The notes under the pieces: model-generated
Databases searched by the model: none
Seen by the model: only the letters and a program-made list of their open reading frames with translations
What the model was told of the DNA's origin: nothing
Assembly: GCA_024137785.1 (NCBI GenBank)
Contig: JAHRHZ010000019.1
Coordinates: 31,112,129-31,176,128, forward strand
Length of the DNA stretch: 64,000 nt
Reading direction: 5' to 3'
DNA from: Ginglymostoma cirratum
Taxonomy: Eukaryota
In this document: positions 12,681-24,639 of the stretch, in pieces
Position numbering within the stretch: position 1 is the first letter of the stretch
Layout of the letters: each line of letters begins with the position of its first letter
Translations under genes and position numbers: made by a program

Positions 12681-12814
12681 CCGTAAGATTTAGCCAGAAG
12701 TCTGTATGTTTAGGCAATATGTCACTTTGTCTCTAATTTCTTATATTAAAATTTTTTAAATGCTTCAAACCCTGGCTATTTTCCATGATGCACGAGAAGA
12801 AAGAAAGTCCAGTA

Positions 12815-12920
12815 ATTTATACGGCACTTTGCACAATCTCATGACGTCCAAAAGCATGTTACAGCCAATAAGGTACTTCTGAAATGTAGTCACTATTGCT
12901 ATGTAGGAAATACAGGGATA
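12815..12920 (-). mobile_element. Deu-domain SINE / L2-like 3' tail remnant
   Basis: Reverse complement ttcctacatagcaatagtgactacatttcagaagtaccttattggctgtaacatgcttttggacgtc resembles the AmnSINE1/SacSINE1-type tail. Confidence 0.55.
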
Positions 12921-13599
12921 AAATTTCACGAAAAAAAGGCAATAGTATTCCAGAACTTCACATGATTGCTAACAGACATGATATCAGCACTTGAACAAAG
13001 GAATATAATGAAAACCAAGATCTTTCCTTTGAAATTTTACTGCATAAAGTAATTCTAACTAAAATTATTCTCACCAACTATCAAATTTCATGCTTTTGAT
13101 GTAATATTTTAAAATTCCCAGTCTATTCATATATTTTGGAAATAAAGACAGTTTTGTGTCTCTGGTCCCACAAAGATCACTTGGGTTTTTCAATTAGAAT
13201 TTTTACCTCGTGCTGTGCAGAAATTTCAACTCCTTTGATCCACCACAATATCATTACGCCTACAAAAGGTGGACCAAATCAATGAAAATTTTTTAAGGAA
13301 AGCACATTTTAATAATGCAGTCTTCCACCTTTAATAAAAAATGTACTTTAAAAAATCTAATAGATGTTTAACTTAATTCATGAGATGAAAACATTTCACA
13401 CAGAAATAGCTATCACATTTCTGTGGGCTAAACTGTAAATCATGCCAATTTCTCTAAAATTAAGTGTTACCTTCCCATCAGTATTAGAAAATTTGAAAAG
13501 ATGATCTCAAATGCTGAAAAATTATCCTAAAGCATGACATATCCTAAATGCACATGACTCTGCAATTTGAGAATGATTGGCCAGCAGATTCTTTGTGAA

Positions 13600-14509
13600 T
13601 AAAGCCAAAATACTGCAGATGCTTGAAATCCAAAAACAAACACCATGCTGGAGAAGCTCAGCAGGTCTGGCAGCATCTGTGGAGAGAAAACTGAACTAAT
13701 GTTCAAATCTGGTATGACTCTTCAGAACTGAAAGGTATTGAAGATTTTTTTGAAGTGCTTTTGACAGTGGTAAGGGCCAAGTACAAAAGACAAAGGGTTG
13801 TTAATGGCTGTGAGATGCAAAATGGGACTAAGGTGAAGTGTGAAAGGAAAGGATGTCTTCAGTGCTGCTTCCCACTCATCTACAACTGGAAAAAAAAATC
13901 ATTAGTGTTCCTTCCGATTTTCACCCTTCTCTCGCCTTCTCCTGGGATCTCTCTCTCTAATCCTAAGGATAGGCTGCCCACAAATATCCACTCCCTACAT
14001 ACCAATTCCTAGAGTTACCTTGACCACACCTCCTCACACCCTGCTTCCTACAAAGGATTCCATTCCATTCTCCCAGTTTCCCAACCTGTCACATCTGTTC
14101 TGATAATGCCACCTTCCACCAGACTATATCTGACATGAACCTCCTTTCTCTACACCCTATCCTCACACCCCTCCACAACCACCATTGTTGTTGACTTGGC
14201 TTTGTTATGTGCAAATCATCACCCGCACGTCTGCCCTCACCCCTCCCACTTCTTCCCAGAAGCGTGACAGGACTCCCCTTGACTTTACTTTCCACCCTAC
14301 TCGTCTCTAAATTCAGAGGATTATCCTCCACTATTTTCGTTACCTCCAGTGGGGTGCCACCATCAAACACATCTGCCCCTCCTCTTCACCACCAACATTC
14401 TGCAAGGACCGGTCCCTCCATGACATTTTAGTCCACTCCTTTTTTAGTCTTAACAGTTCCTCACTTCTCCATGTCACCTTCCCATGTAATCACAAGTGGT
14501 GTAATACTT
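13600..14509 (+). mobile_element. Old PLE: inverted pLTR (about 13600-13735) plus RT C-terminal and linker remnant
   Basis: Frameshifted DRL-TNIH..T.S..YLD.TSSHPAS.KDSIPFSQF and PL.L..HPT...QRIIL motifs. Confidence 0.8.
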
Positions 14510-14932
14510 GATAACAAAGTGTGGGGCTGGATGAACACAGCAGGCCAAGCAGCATCATAGGAGCAGGAAGGATGACGTTTCGGGCCTAGACCCTTCTTCA
14601 GAAATGGGGGAGGGGGAGGAAGTTCCGAAATAAATAGGGAGAGAGGGGGAGGCAGATAGAAGATGGATCGAGCAGTTTCAAGGCCGAAGAGATTATGAGA
14701 GAGTTGCAGTGGGAGAGAGATCCGCTGAGGTTTGTCCGGAGGGAGGAGGGTAACCTCTTCAGGGTAGGCATCCTTAGAAGAGGCTTTGCAGTGGGGTTAA
14801 AATTGTATCAGAGATAATAGGAACTGCAGATGCTGGAGAATCCGAGATAACAAGGTGTAGGAGCTGGATGAACACAGCAGGCCAAGCAGCATCATAGGAG
14901 CAGAAAGGCTGATGTTTCGGGCCTAGACCCTT
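14510..14932 (-). mobile_element. Young PLE partial tandem: pLTR + tail + internal 5' region + second pLTR
   Basis: Two co-oriented pLTR copies (14510-14668 and 14811-14932) separated by the internal sequence that continues from the tail. Confidence 0.85.
14574..14601 (-). ncRNA. Minimal hammerhead ribozyme core in pLTR
   Basis: CUGAAGA-A-GGGUC UA GGCCC-GAAAC-GUC; palindromic ACGU stem III; stem I very short. Confidence 0.7.
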
Positions 14933-14934
14933 GG

Positions 14935-16850
14935 ATAGACTGCAGTCTGGTCTGCTCTAGAAGCTACTAAAGAAGCAACACAAAAAACATTCTTATGAAC
15001 TCATCTTGTCTACCTCTGAGCATCAGAATTTTCCATCATATATACAGATTAAAATCCTCCATATTAAATTATTTTACTTTTCTGATAAATGCTCATTATT
15101 TCTTTTGTGGTCCATCCTAATGTACAGCTACTATTAGGGGGCCTGTACACTATTCTCACAGGTGACTTCTTGCCTTCATCAATCATTTCTACTCAAACTG
15201 CTTTACATCCTGGTTTCCTAAACTTAAGTCATCATTCTGGGTTGTGCTAATTCAATCAGGAAATTAACAAAGCCACCCTACACTTTTTCCTCACCTCCTG
15301 TTCTTCCTAAATGTGCTGCAACCTTCAAGGTTCAGGTCCCAGTCTATGTCATCCTCCAGCCATACTTACATAATGGCAATCAGACTGTATTTATTATTTC
15401 AATATGTGCATCTGTTCTCTCAGTTCATCTGTTTTGTCCCAAATACCATGTATTCCATACAGAGCCTTTAGTTGTATGTTTGTAATTTTTTGTGTAATCC
15501 TGAGCTTTATCTGTTGAATTACTGGTCCATTGGAATTCTGACCCTTCCCATCACTGCCTACTATTTCACATTAATGCCAGTCTTACTTACTATGCTTCTG
15601 CTTCTACTCTCGATTAACCACTGTTACAAAACATTTATCAGAGAATTTGGAGTTTTGAAATGTTGAAAAATTGATTTGCTTCAAACTTTGTGGAAATACC
15701 TAGTGTGTCTTTTCTAAAGCAGGTTGTTGAAAGGTCACTGGGGAATACAAGATTTGTGATAACTGCTCACTTTGCTGTAGACCTTTCTGGGGTTTTTTCC
15801 CCCCCCTTAAGTGTGATTGGCTTGGACAAGTTATTGTTTTTTTTCTGGTCTTCAGTTGGGAGACAGGAAACCTGAAAAGGAAGGGCTGCCCAGCTGATCT
15901 CATTTTTCTGAAAAGAACAGTCTTTTTGAGCTTCGGTTGAAATTTACTTGTTCTTCTAAAACAATGACTGTAAAAACTTATAAATATTTTATTTCGTGAA
16001 TGAGCTGTATCTGCAACATCTCCAGAGACAAACTGGTGTGATTAGAGTCATGACCACATATGCTAAAACATCACAGCAACAGACTTTGTAACATACCATG
16101 CTTTATCCTACTGCCTCCAACCATAATCTATTGGCTAAGATTTTCCTTTCAGAAAATCAATCTTTGCACAGAAACTCTTTTGTCGCCCTCTTTTCTCGAG
16201 TGAGTGAGTGCGTAAGTAGGTATACATGCATGCTTGAGTTATTTGGAGGGATAGGCAATGTTGTTTCTATATGGCAGACCGTGTGTAATATTCAAAGAAG
16301 ATATAATTAGTTCAGTTGGGAATTGGGGAAAAAAAAGTATTTTTATTGCATGTTGTGACTCATGAAGTAGTAGGACTTCAAGAATAACAGTAGAATAATA
16401 GAACAACACTGCACTCCTCCAGCCTCAGTTGAAACAACATTGTCTCAAATTTAATTCCTCTCCCCACTATTTACTAGAACCCACTCTACTCCTCTGGTTT
16501 GTGGCTTGGTAGAATAATAGTCCCAGCATGATTCTTGTTTTAACCAGGGATACAAACCTTGCTCTCTTCTGTACTGGTGCCAGAGACTCATACCAGAACC
16601 ACTTCCCTCATGCCAGTCTCTGATCACCGCATTCAGCTCTCTAATCCAATTTGCACACGGCTCAGGTTATAATCCAGAGGTCAACTTTGAATTTCTGCTC
16701 CTTAATTTGGTGCTTAGCTCCTCATACTAACAATGCAGAATCTCTTTCCACATCCCACCTATGTCATTAGCTCCTGTGTGGACAACTGGACCCTCCTACT
16801 CAAGCTCCTCTCCAATCGTAAGCAAATGTCCCAAACAGTTTGGTAAAACC
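14935..16850 (-). mobile_element. Degenerate CR1 LINE with ORF1 esterase and APE endonuclease remnants, interrupted at about 15622-16390
   Basis: Minus-strand remnants of YEEL..KLRSR.SK...SGL.PEP.ANW (ORF1, about 16.6-16.75 kb) and KTDELR...LIAI...WL.DDIDWDLN.EG (EN, about 15.2-15.47 kb). Confidence 0.75.
15622..16389. mobile_element. Possible solo LTR nested in CR1
   Basis: Insertion bounded by TGTTA...TAACA; no matching TSD found. Confidence 0.25.
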
Positions 16851-17479
16851 AACCATTCTCATACACTGCCATTAAATGATTCAGAATGCAATAACATGCC
16901 ATTATTTACTCTTAAGATTTCATTCTAAAACTGAAAATTCCTCCAAGGTTACCTCTAGTTCAAGAACCCTGTGGTACTCAAGATAATTTATACTTCCCAT
17001 TTAATGGGCAAAGTGGTCAACATTACTATAATATTAAAGTAAAATCAATTATAGCATTCCTGATACTAACCTTCATGACAGTTGTTTTACTAATTTCTTC
17101 AAACAAATTAAGGACCAATTCTAGCTTAGTCCAATAATTTAGTGAAAAGAATAGCCTAACAGATGGGAATATGGGAGCCATATATTCAAAAATAATCAAT
17201 TTTCGAGGAATTCTTTCACAAACTAATTTAATGCTTTAGGATTATTTAATTACTCACTGTGCTACCTTTGGATAAGAGAACATATTTGATATCACAGATA
17301 TAACTTAAAAAAATAAGGTTACCTTTAACAGAGGCTGCCTCATGCTGCTTTTACACGCTGACTTCTCTGTTTAGCACCAAATGCACATTTAGTTTCTTAT
17401 TTAAGTAATAGTATTTTAAAATATTAGCATCTAATAACTGACACAACTGCTTTACCAGTTATAAACTGATCTTGTTGTA

Positions 17480-18125
17480 CTAATGTACTATTGTGTACAG
17501 TCCTGGTCACCACACCACCAGAAGGATGTGGATGTTTTGGAAAGGGTACAGAAAAGATTAGTATCAGGATGTGTAAATCGGACCAGTAACGTAAACTCTG
17601 ATTTTCTCTTCACAGATGCTGCCAGACCTGCTGAGCTTTGCCAGCAACTTATGTGTTTTTTTTAAAACCAGGATGTCGCCTGGTATGGGGGATTTTAGCC
17701 ATGAAGAAAGGTTGGATAGACTGTGTTTGTTTTCACTGTAATACACAAGGTTGAGGGGTGACCCAAAACAAGTTTATAATTTTGTGAATGGCATGGATAG
17801 AGTGGAAATTATGAGGCTTTTCCCCCAGGATGGAGGGGTCAATTGCTTGGGGACACAGGTTCAAGATGTGGGGGATGAAAGAGTTTAAAAGAGATGTGCT
17901 AAGCAAGTTTTACACACAAAGGGTGATGAGTGCCAGGAATGCCTTGCCAGAGAAGATGGCGGAGGGAGACACAATAGCAGCACCTGGATGATTACATGAA
18001 TAGGAAAGGAATAGAGGGATATGGATTCTATAAGTGAAGTCTTGTTTTTAGTATGGAAGGTCAAAATATGGCAGTGAAGGCTTGGAGAGCTGAAGAGCCT
18101 GTTCCTGTGCTGTACTGTTCTTTGT
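17480..18125 (+). mobile_element. CR1 LINE 3' end with a nested PLE pLTR fragment (17573-17668)
   Basis: YCVQSWSPHHQKDVDVLERVQKR RT C-terminus; nested piece flanked by 8-bp TSD caggatgt at 17565-17572 and 17669-17676. Confidence 0.85.
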
Positions 18126-18409
18126 AATTGATTATCCCATTAATCTCACTATACTGCCTTTTTCATGTTTATTTGAGGGATTTGTTTTAGCCTCTCTTTT
18201 TCTCCACCAACTCATCCAAAGATTGAAGACCGAAGATTTTATCTAGCTGCAATTAAATTAAAGTAGCAAATATCAAGTCGATGCTTAATATTTTTGGAGT
18301 AACTACTCCAGAAGAGCTCGGTTTTAGACCATTACTTCAATCATTATGAAAGTTAGTTGAGCATCCATCCCACTCTACCTAAAATTAAAATTAGTTCAGC
18401 CTGACTTAC

Positions 18410-18476
18410 CAGAAGACAACAATGAGTCAACAGTAATGAAAACGTATTATTTAGAATCCTTCATCAATAACTGCAA
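18410..18476 (-). other. Candidate non-coding (5'UTR) exon with tandem acceptors (67 or 61 nt)
   Basis: ttttctcctttcccAG|TTGCAG|TTA; consensus donor CTG|GTAAGT; stops in all frames; uORF MKDSK*. Confidence 0.6.
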
Positions 18477-19519
18477 CTGGGAAAGGAGAAAATGGCTACT
18501 GTAATTCCAGATTATTGAATTTTTAAAAATAGTATTATTTAATTGTTAAGCAAATGGTTAAAGAAATAATTTTGTTCTACATGAGTAGATAGAGAAGTTT
18601 TATCTGCATTCCTGTGTTACTTTCTCTAGCTTATTTCACTATTTAGTTCAGAAACTGCACTGTACTCAGTAAGATAGATAAACATTTTCTGGGGACAACT
18701 AGAAATTGTATGAAGTGAATGTCATGTAAAATAGAAAATTAAAGCTGTGGAATCCCACAGGGTTTAAATGAATTACTGAGATTAAGAATATTCACTCTGG
18801 TGTGGCAAGGTGCCCAAAACATGTCTAGGCTTTAGGTGTTTATGTAACTTTGAATACCATAAATTTAAATCAACCACACATATTTTGCTGCATTAGTGGT
18901 TTACAAGATCATTCAGAACTTCTTTTTCAAATCTGATCATATTTACAAAAGGAAAGAACATCCAAGGTGACATGAACATGCCAAGGGAAATATTTTATTT
19001 CAAAAGAAATGCAAAACTTCGGATAACATACCTTTTAAAAACAACAATACATACATAATTCTTCACTGGACATCAATTCGGAAAACTTTTTTATTCTTCC
19101 TTTATATTCCTACAATATAGATTGCAATTAAAAACTTTTCATATAAAAACGCATCACAGGAACATAATCCAACAAAAAAAAATGCTAAGTCAAAACAGGA
19201 ATTTTTAGCACAAGTGACTGAAAGCTTGCTCAAAGTGGAAAGTTTTAAAGCAGGTTAGAGAAGAGGGGAGGGAATAAGGAACTACATGTCCACTGCTGCA
19301 AAACTTGGAGAGAGAAGAACTCACCGTAGTCTTAAAAAAAACGGGTTTATAGGAAAAGTGCACAAGGAAACACTTTGGTTAAAAAAAAGTCAATTGTGAG
19401 GCACTAGGATGAGCACCTGGTGTATTAGAAATGAAACAACTAAGTGCTGAAAATTCTCAATACGCTGGCAAAATTGGTATGAAGAAAATGTTTCAATTTG
19501 GAAATCTTCTCCAACCCTA

Positions 19520-19795
19520 AGTTATTGGCACTCATCCAATTTTGGTGTCTCAAACAATTACTCCACAACTGGCAGCCACGTTATCAGCTTCCAAGACCCC
19601 AAGTTCTGAAAGTCCAACATTAAAACTCTCTGCCTCGCTTGCCTCCTTGAAGGTGTTTCTCAAAGCCCACTTTCATGACTTTCTGCTCCACATCTCACAC
19701 GTCAGTGCGTCAAATTTTGATTGGCAGCATTCCTGTAAAGCGGCTTCGGAGGTTTCAGTACTTTAATGGTATTGCATAAATACAAGTTGTTGATA
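19520..19795 (+). mobile_element. L2-type LINE 3' end
   Basis: ttcctgtaaagcggcttcgg...ataaatacaagttgttg tail; related copy at 50.5-50.8 kb. Confidence 0.55.
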
Positions 19796-20559
19796 TGGGA
19801 AAATAAGTATAAGTATCTTTGAAAATTTTTGTTACAGAAATGTCAATGCTGTTCCAGTACTGAACACCTTACTGGAGAGATGCAAATGTGGGTAAATAAG
19901 CATAAACTTGGAAATAACACATTGAAGAATTTGGAGAGTTCCACAGCAGCAGATATGACTTTTTGCTACTCCTTTCTTTAGAGCTACATGTCCCATATGC
20001 GCTGTTTGATTAACAAACAGTGCTAATGCAAATATGTTAGCTGCAAGTGTGGATCTACCTGGATACCAAGGATACCCTGTTTTAAAATAATGCCCTTATG
20101 CTTTTGGGTTTTGATATGTAAATTAACCCTATCCTTTGAACACACTAACTGGGAAATTGTTCAGCTCTGCTCCAGTTTACCCTAATGTCATGTTGCTAGG
20201 AGTGTGTTGAAAGCCGCTTTATAACAGACCAGGTTTCCAACACAGTCTCAGTAAAGTAAAACTGGCAAAGCTGGTGTATCCGAGAAATTTCATGGACTTG
20301 TGCCTAGAGTCCGACTCCCATCATGATAAATTTCACCTGCTTATCACACTCCGACCCCCACCCCCACTATCTCCAAGAGGTTTTTATGGCCTCAAGTTTG
20401 GGAACACATGCAATTAAATGAGTAAATATTTGTACATTTTAAAAAGCACACAACTCACCAAATGTTCAACTATTTAACCATTTTCAAATTTTCTTCTACT
20501 AAAAACTGCATCACTCAATGCTCTCGTCTGGACAACTTGAGGGTTGTCAGTTTTTTTGC

Positions 20560-20578
20560 CCCCATTAGGTGGCAGTAT
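20560..20578 (+). promoter_or_regulatory. CTCF-like motif
   Basis: CCATTAGGTGGCAGTA versus consensus CCASYAGRKGGCRS (1 mismatch). Confidence 0.4.
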
Positions 20579-21144
20579 ACTCCAGAAATTTGCAAAACTA
20601 ACTTCTTCACACTAAGATTAACATGCTAATTTTTAGATTTTCCAGCTACCTTATTTTAAGGGGAATTCATAAGAATAAGAATTTTACAAAGAGACAGCAT
20701 GTAAGAATGCCTGAAAAACACTTTCACCATTGTAAAAGAACAATTCAACACTACGTGAATCACAATTATTAAGCTCTTCCTGCTTAAGTACTCTTGTTAA
20801 CAGTTAATAAAACGTTTTAACACAATGCCCTTGTTCCTCAACAAACTATTTTTCATAGATGAGCAGTCATTTAAAAATCCAGCAAAATTTTGTTTTATTT
20901 CAATTAACTCAAACTCAAATATTAGTGAAGAATATTTTGTAGATTATTTTAGTTTGCATTTTTTTTACTGGTCAGATTTGTTCTGGACTGTAGTTCAAGT
21001 TGTATTATCCATTATAGTCAAAGAATTCACACTAAGTGGCAAGCTCTTAACCTCTAAGCATTGAAGTCTACGTACTTACCTTCACATGGCATTTTAACTG
21101 GAAATCTGAAACTCATATTTACCATGCTTTTCATGATCATCATC

Positions 21145-21460
21145 ATCACTGGACTAGTAATCCAGAACTCCAGGTTAATATTCTGGCGACAAGTGTTTGA
21201 ACCCTGCCATGACAGACCACGAAATTTGAATTCAACAAAAATCTGGAATAAAAAGCTAGTCTGATGATGACCATATGACCCTTGTGGATTGTCAGAAAAA
21301 TCCATCGGTTTCACGGATGCTTCTTAGGAGGGAAAACTACCAACCTTACTTGGATTAGCATACATACGACTTCAGATCCACAGCAATGTAGTTGAATCTT
21401 AACTACCCTCTGGCAAAAATGGCTGGCTGAAGTATCACATCCCATGAACAAATGAAATAA
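21145..21460 (+). mobile_element. tRNA-derived SINE
   Basis: tcactggactagtaatccaga head; same family as 6940-7240. Confidence 0.75.
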
Positions 21461-21510
21461 AGGTTTTCACTTCAGCAACCAACATTGGTTCAATGAGTAG
21501 AAATTTAAAA

Positions 21511-21827
21511 AGCTAGGACAAGAGGGCATAGCCTCAAGATTAGAGAGAGCAGATTTAGGACTGAATTGAGAAGGAACTTCTTCACCCAGAGGGTTGTTAA
21601 TCTATGGAATTCCTTGCCCAGTGAAGTAGTTGACGCTACTTCAGTAAACGTTTTTAAAGCTAAGGTAGATTTTTTTTTTGAACAATAAAGGAATTAAGGG
21701 ATACGGTGAAAGCACGGGTAAGTGGATTGGAGTCCACAAAAAGATCAGCCATGATCTTACTGAATGGCGGAGCAGGCTCGAAGGGCCGGACGGCCTACTC
21801 CTGCTCCTAGTTCTTATGCTCTTATGT
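21511..21827 (+). mobile_element. Well-preserved CR1/HER1-like LINE 3' end
   Basis: RTRGHSLKI..FRTELRRNFFTQRVVNLWNSLP frame followed by 3'UTR ending in ttcttatgctcttatg. Confidence 0.9.
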
Positions 21828-22829
21828 CCTATTAACAAAGATAAGAAAAGACTGCGTCATTAAGCCTTGATGTCAGCATGATGCAGTTTACGTCTGTCAC
21901 CATAGTTATCTAATCTCAGAAGGTAAAAGACAAAATCAGAAGGATAAATTTCAAACTAAACGTGGAGACAATGCTTTCAGAAACTCATGATGAACAGTAT
22001 CAAATAGCTCATGAACTACCTTCCTTCTATATAGAAAGATGTTTCTTACTTGCAGCTTCTTTATGAATACTGCAGAATATACGCATTCAATACATATGCC
22101 CGCTACTAATTGCAAGATGAAATAATTTAGTCACAAGGTCACTGTTTTCCAAACTTTCCATTACATAGAACACCGCAAATAATATTCACAATGTAATTCT
22201 TTATCATAGTAAAGGGCTGAAACTCTCAATGTGCTAATATGAAGGACCTTAAACAAGGCATCGACCTAGAGGGTCTCTGAGTGGTGATGCTTTGCAGGGC
22301 TTGAATATCACTATCATCTGGAGAAACTAAAATAGTATTTCAGAAGTAGCCCAACCAAGACACTACAAGGAAAGGATAGTAATTATTGTTTAAGATTTAC
22401 GTTGATAATACAAATCACTTATTTAGCAATAGACTGATGTCAATAATCATAAACCTTCAATGAATCATGCTCTGAAAAGTGTTGTCCAAAATGTTAGCCA
22501 TGTGCAATAATCAAGAATCAAAATGCGAAGCTAACTGAACATCTGACTTTAAAATTTTGGAACGTCTTGATTTTAGACAGAACTGCCAATAGAAACGTGC
22601 ACAAAATTTATAAGGGGAGAATATATTCAGCCTAACAACAAAAAGCTACTCATTGCTTTTTTTAAAAAGCATACTTCTAGACTCCAAGAATAACAGAACA
22701 TTGTAAATGAAATGAAAAGCAACTAGATGGATTACTTGAGCAAGAAGAAAAACAAAGAGTATAGGAAAACAGGTACGCACAGACATATAAAAGTCCAAAA
22801 TTGAATGAAAAATGATACAATGGGAGCAT

Positions 22830-23220
22830 TTGCTGAAGACTGGATAATATTCAGTACCATTTGCAAGCCCTCAGATACTGAAGTAGTGCATATCTAAATG
22901 CAGCAAGACCTGGATGAAATTCTGTCTCGGCTGACTAGCAGCAAGAATCATTCGTATCACATAAATACCATGCAATAGCCATCTCTTATTAGAGAGAAGA
23001 AAGAATCAAACCATTACCTCAACATTCAATGGTATTATCACCCGTGAATCCTCCACCACCAACATTGAGGGTTACTACTGACTAGAAAATTAACTGGACT
23101 AGCCGCATAATTATTACAGCTATAAAAATGACTGAAGTGAATAATTCACCCTCTGACTCCCAAAAACATATCCACCATCAAAAAGGTACAGTACAGAAGT
23201 GTGATGGAATACTTACCATT
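22830..23220 (+). mobile_element. CR1-clade LINE RT fragment (family of the 36.3-37.2 kb copy)
   Basis: tttgctgaagac...tcagatactgaag...atgcagcaagacctgga homologous to 36721-36972. Confidence 0.75.
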
Positions 23221-23249
23221 AACTACATTTTCCCCAAACTAAAATTCAC

Positions 23250-24430
23250 ACCAATTCTCTAATTAGCTATCCAATCTCCTATCCATGCCAATATCTAATA
23301 ACTTTGATGTGGCACTTTATCAAATGCTTTCTGGAAAACTAAACATTCCACATCCACAGGTTCCCTTTTATATGTAGAACATACTGCTTCCTGAAAGAGC
23401 TCCAATGAATTCCCTTTCACTAAATCATAGTGATTCTGCCCAAATACCTTGAACTTTTTAAGTGCCCTGTTGTAACTCAAAGTTATAGAATCATACAACA
23501 TGGAAACAAGCTCAACTCAGCCATGCCAACAGGTTTCCTAAAGTGAATTAGGCCCACTTGCCTGTGCTTGGCCCATATCCCTCTAAACCCTTCTTATCTA
23601 ATGTACCTATTCAAATGTCTTCTGCTTCCCTCAGACTAGTAGTTATCTGGCCTGTAATTTTCCATTTTCTGTCTCCCTCCCCTTGTGAATAAAGGAATTA
23701 CACTCACTATGTTTCTTTTGCGAATAAATCTTCCCCGAATCTTGGATATTTTGGAAAATTAAATCCAACATCTTAACTATTTCACTAGCCCTTTCTTTCA
23801 AGGCCTGAGAGGGAAGTCCATCAGGACTGGGAAACTTGCAAGCCCAAAGCTCAAGCAATGCACTCAGTACCATTTCTCTGGCAATTGCAATTTTCTTTTG
23901 AGTTCCTTCTTCAATTGCATTTCCTAATTTGCAGCTGTTCCTAGGATGTTACTTGCATCCTCTATGGTGAAATTTGATGCAAAATATCTATTCAATTCAT
24001 CTCCTTATTTCTCATTAATTCCCCATTCACTTTCCATAGGACTAGTCTTGCTTACAGAAACTGAGCACTGGTTTTAATAATTATGAGTAGATTTCTCTTG
24101 TCCTCTAATTTTTCATTCCTTGTTAATTTTTAAGCATTGCTGTTTCTTACATTCTGATATGACCATTAACCTTTCCAGTTAACTACAGGTGGTGAGTCTG
24201 TCCTTTAGAATTTCTTACTCATTAGAATGCAACTATTCACTGTATTTCAAAATATCCCCTTAAATGATGGCTACTATATTGTTATTGACTTATCCTTTTA
24301 TCTAAATTTACCAATTTCACCAGCTCTGCTTTTATGCCCATCTAATTGCCCTTCTTTAAAATTGGAAAAAAAAAGTTGTCTTGGAATCCACTTGTCTCAA
24401 ATTGAATGTAAAGTTCAATCATATTAAGGT
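23250..24430 (-). mobile_element. CR1 LINE RT fragment with a nested CR1 tail
   Basis: ORFs give FQKAFDKVPH and PSPDGL...LKE.ASEI motifs. Confidence 0.8.
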
Positions 24431-24639
24431 TGCTGCAAAGTAGGAATGGTTGATTTAAAAAAAAAATCAGGGCAGGTAGTATCGTTTTCAATGATTCCAG
24501 TTAACTACGATCCTACCTCGCTGCACAATATCAAATCTAACATAACCTGCTACAGTTGCCCACCTGACTTTTCTAGGCAATATTAGGTTAAAAACTTCCA
24601 TTATCGCTACCTTGCCTTTCTGACAAGTTCCAGTTATTT

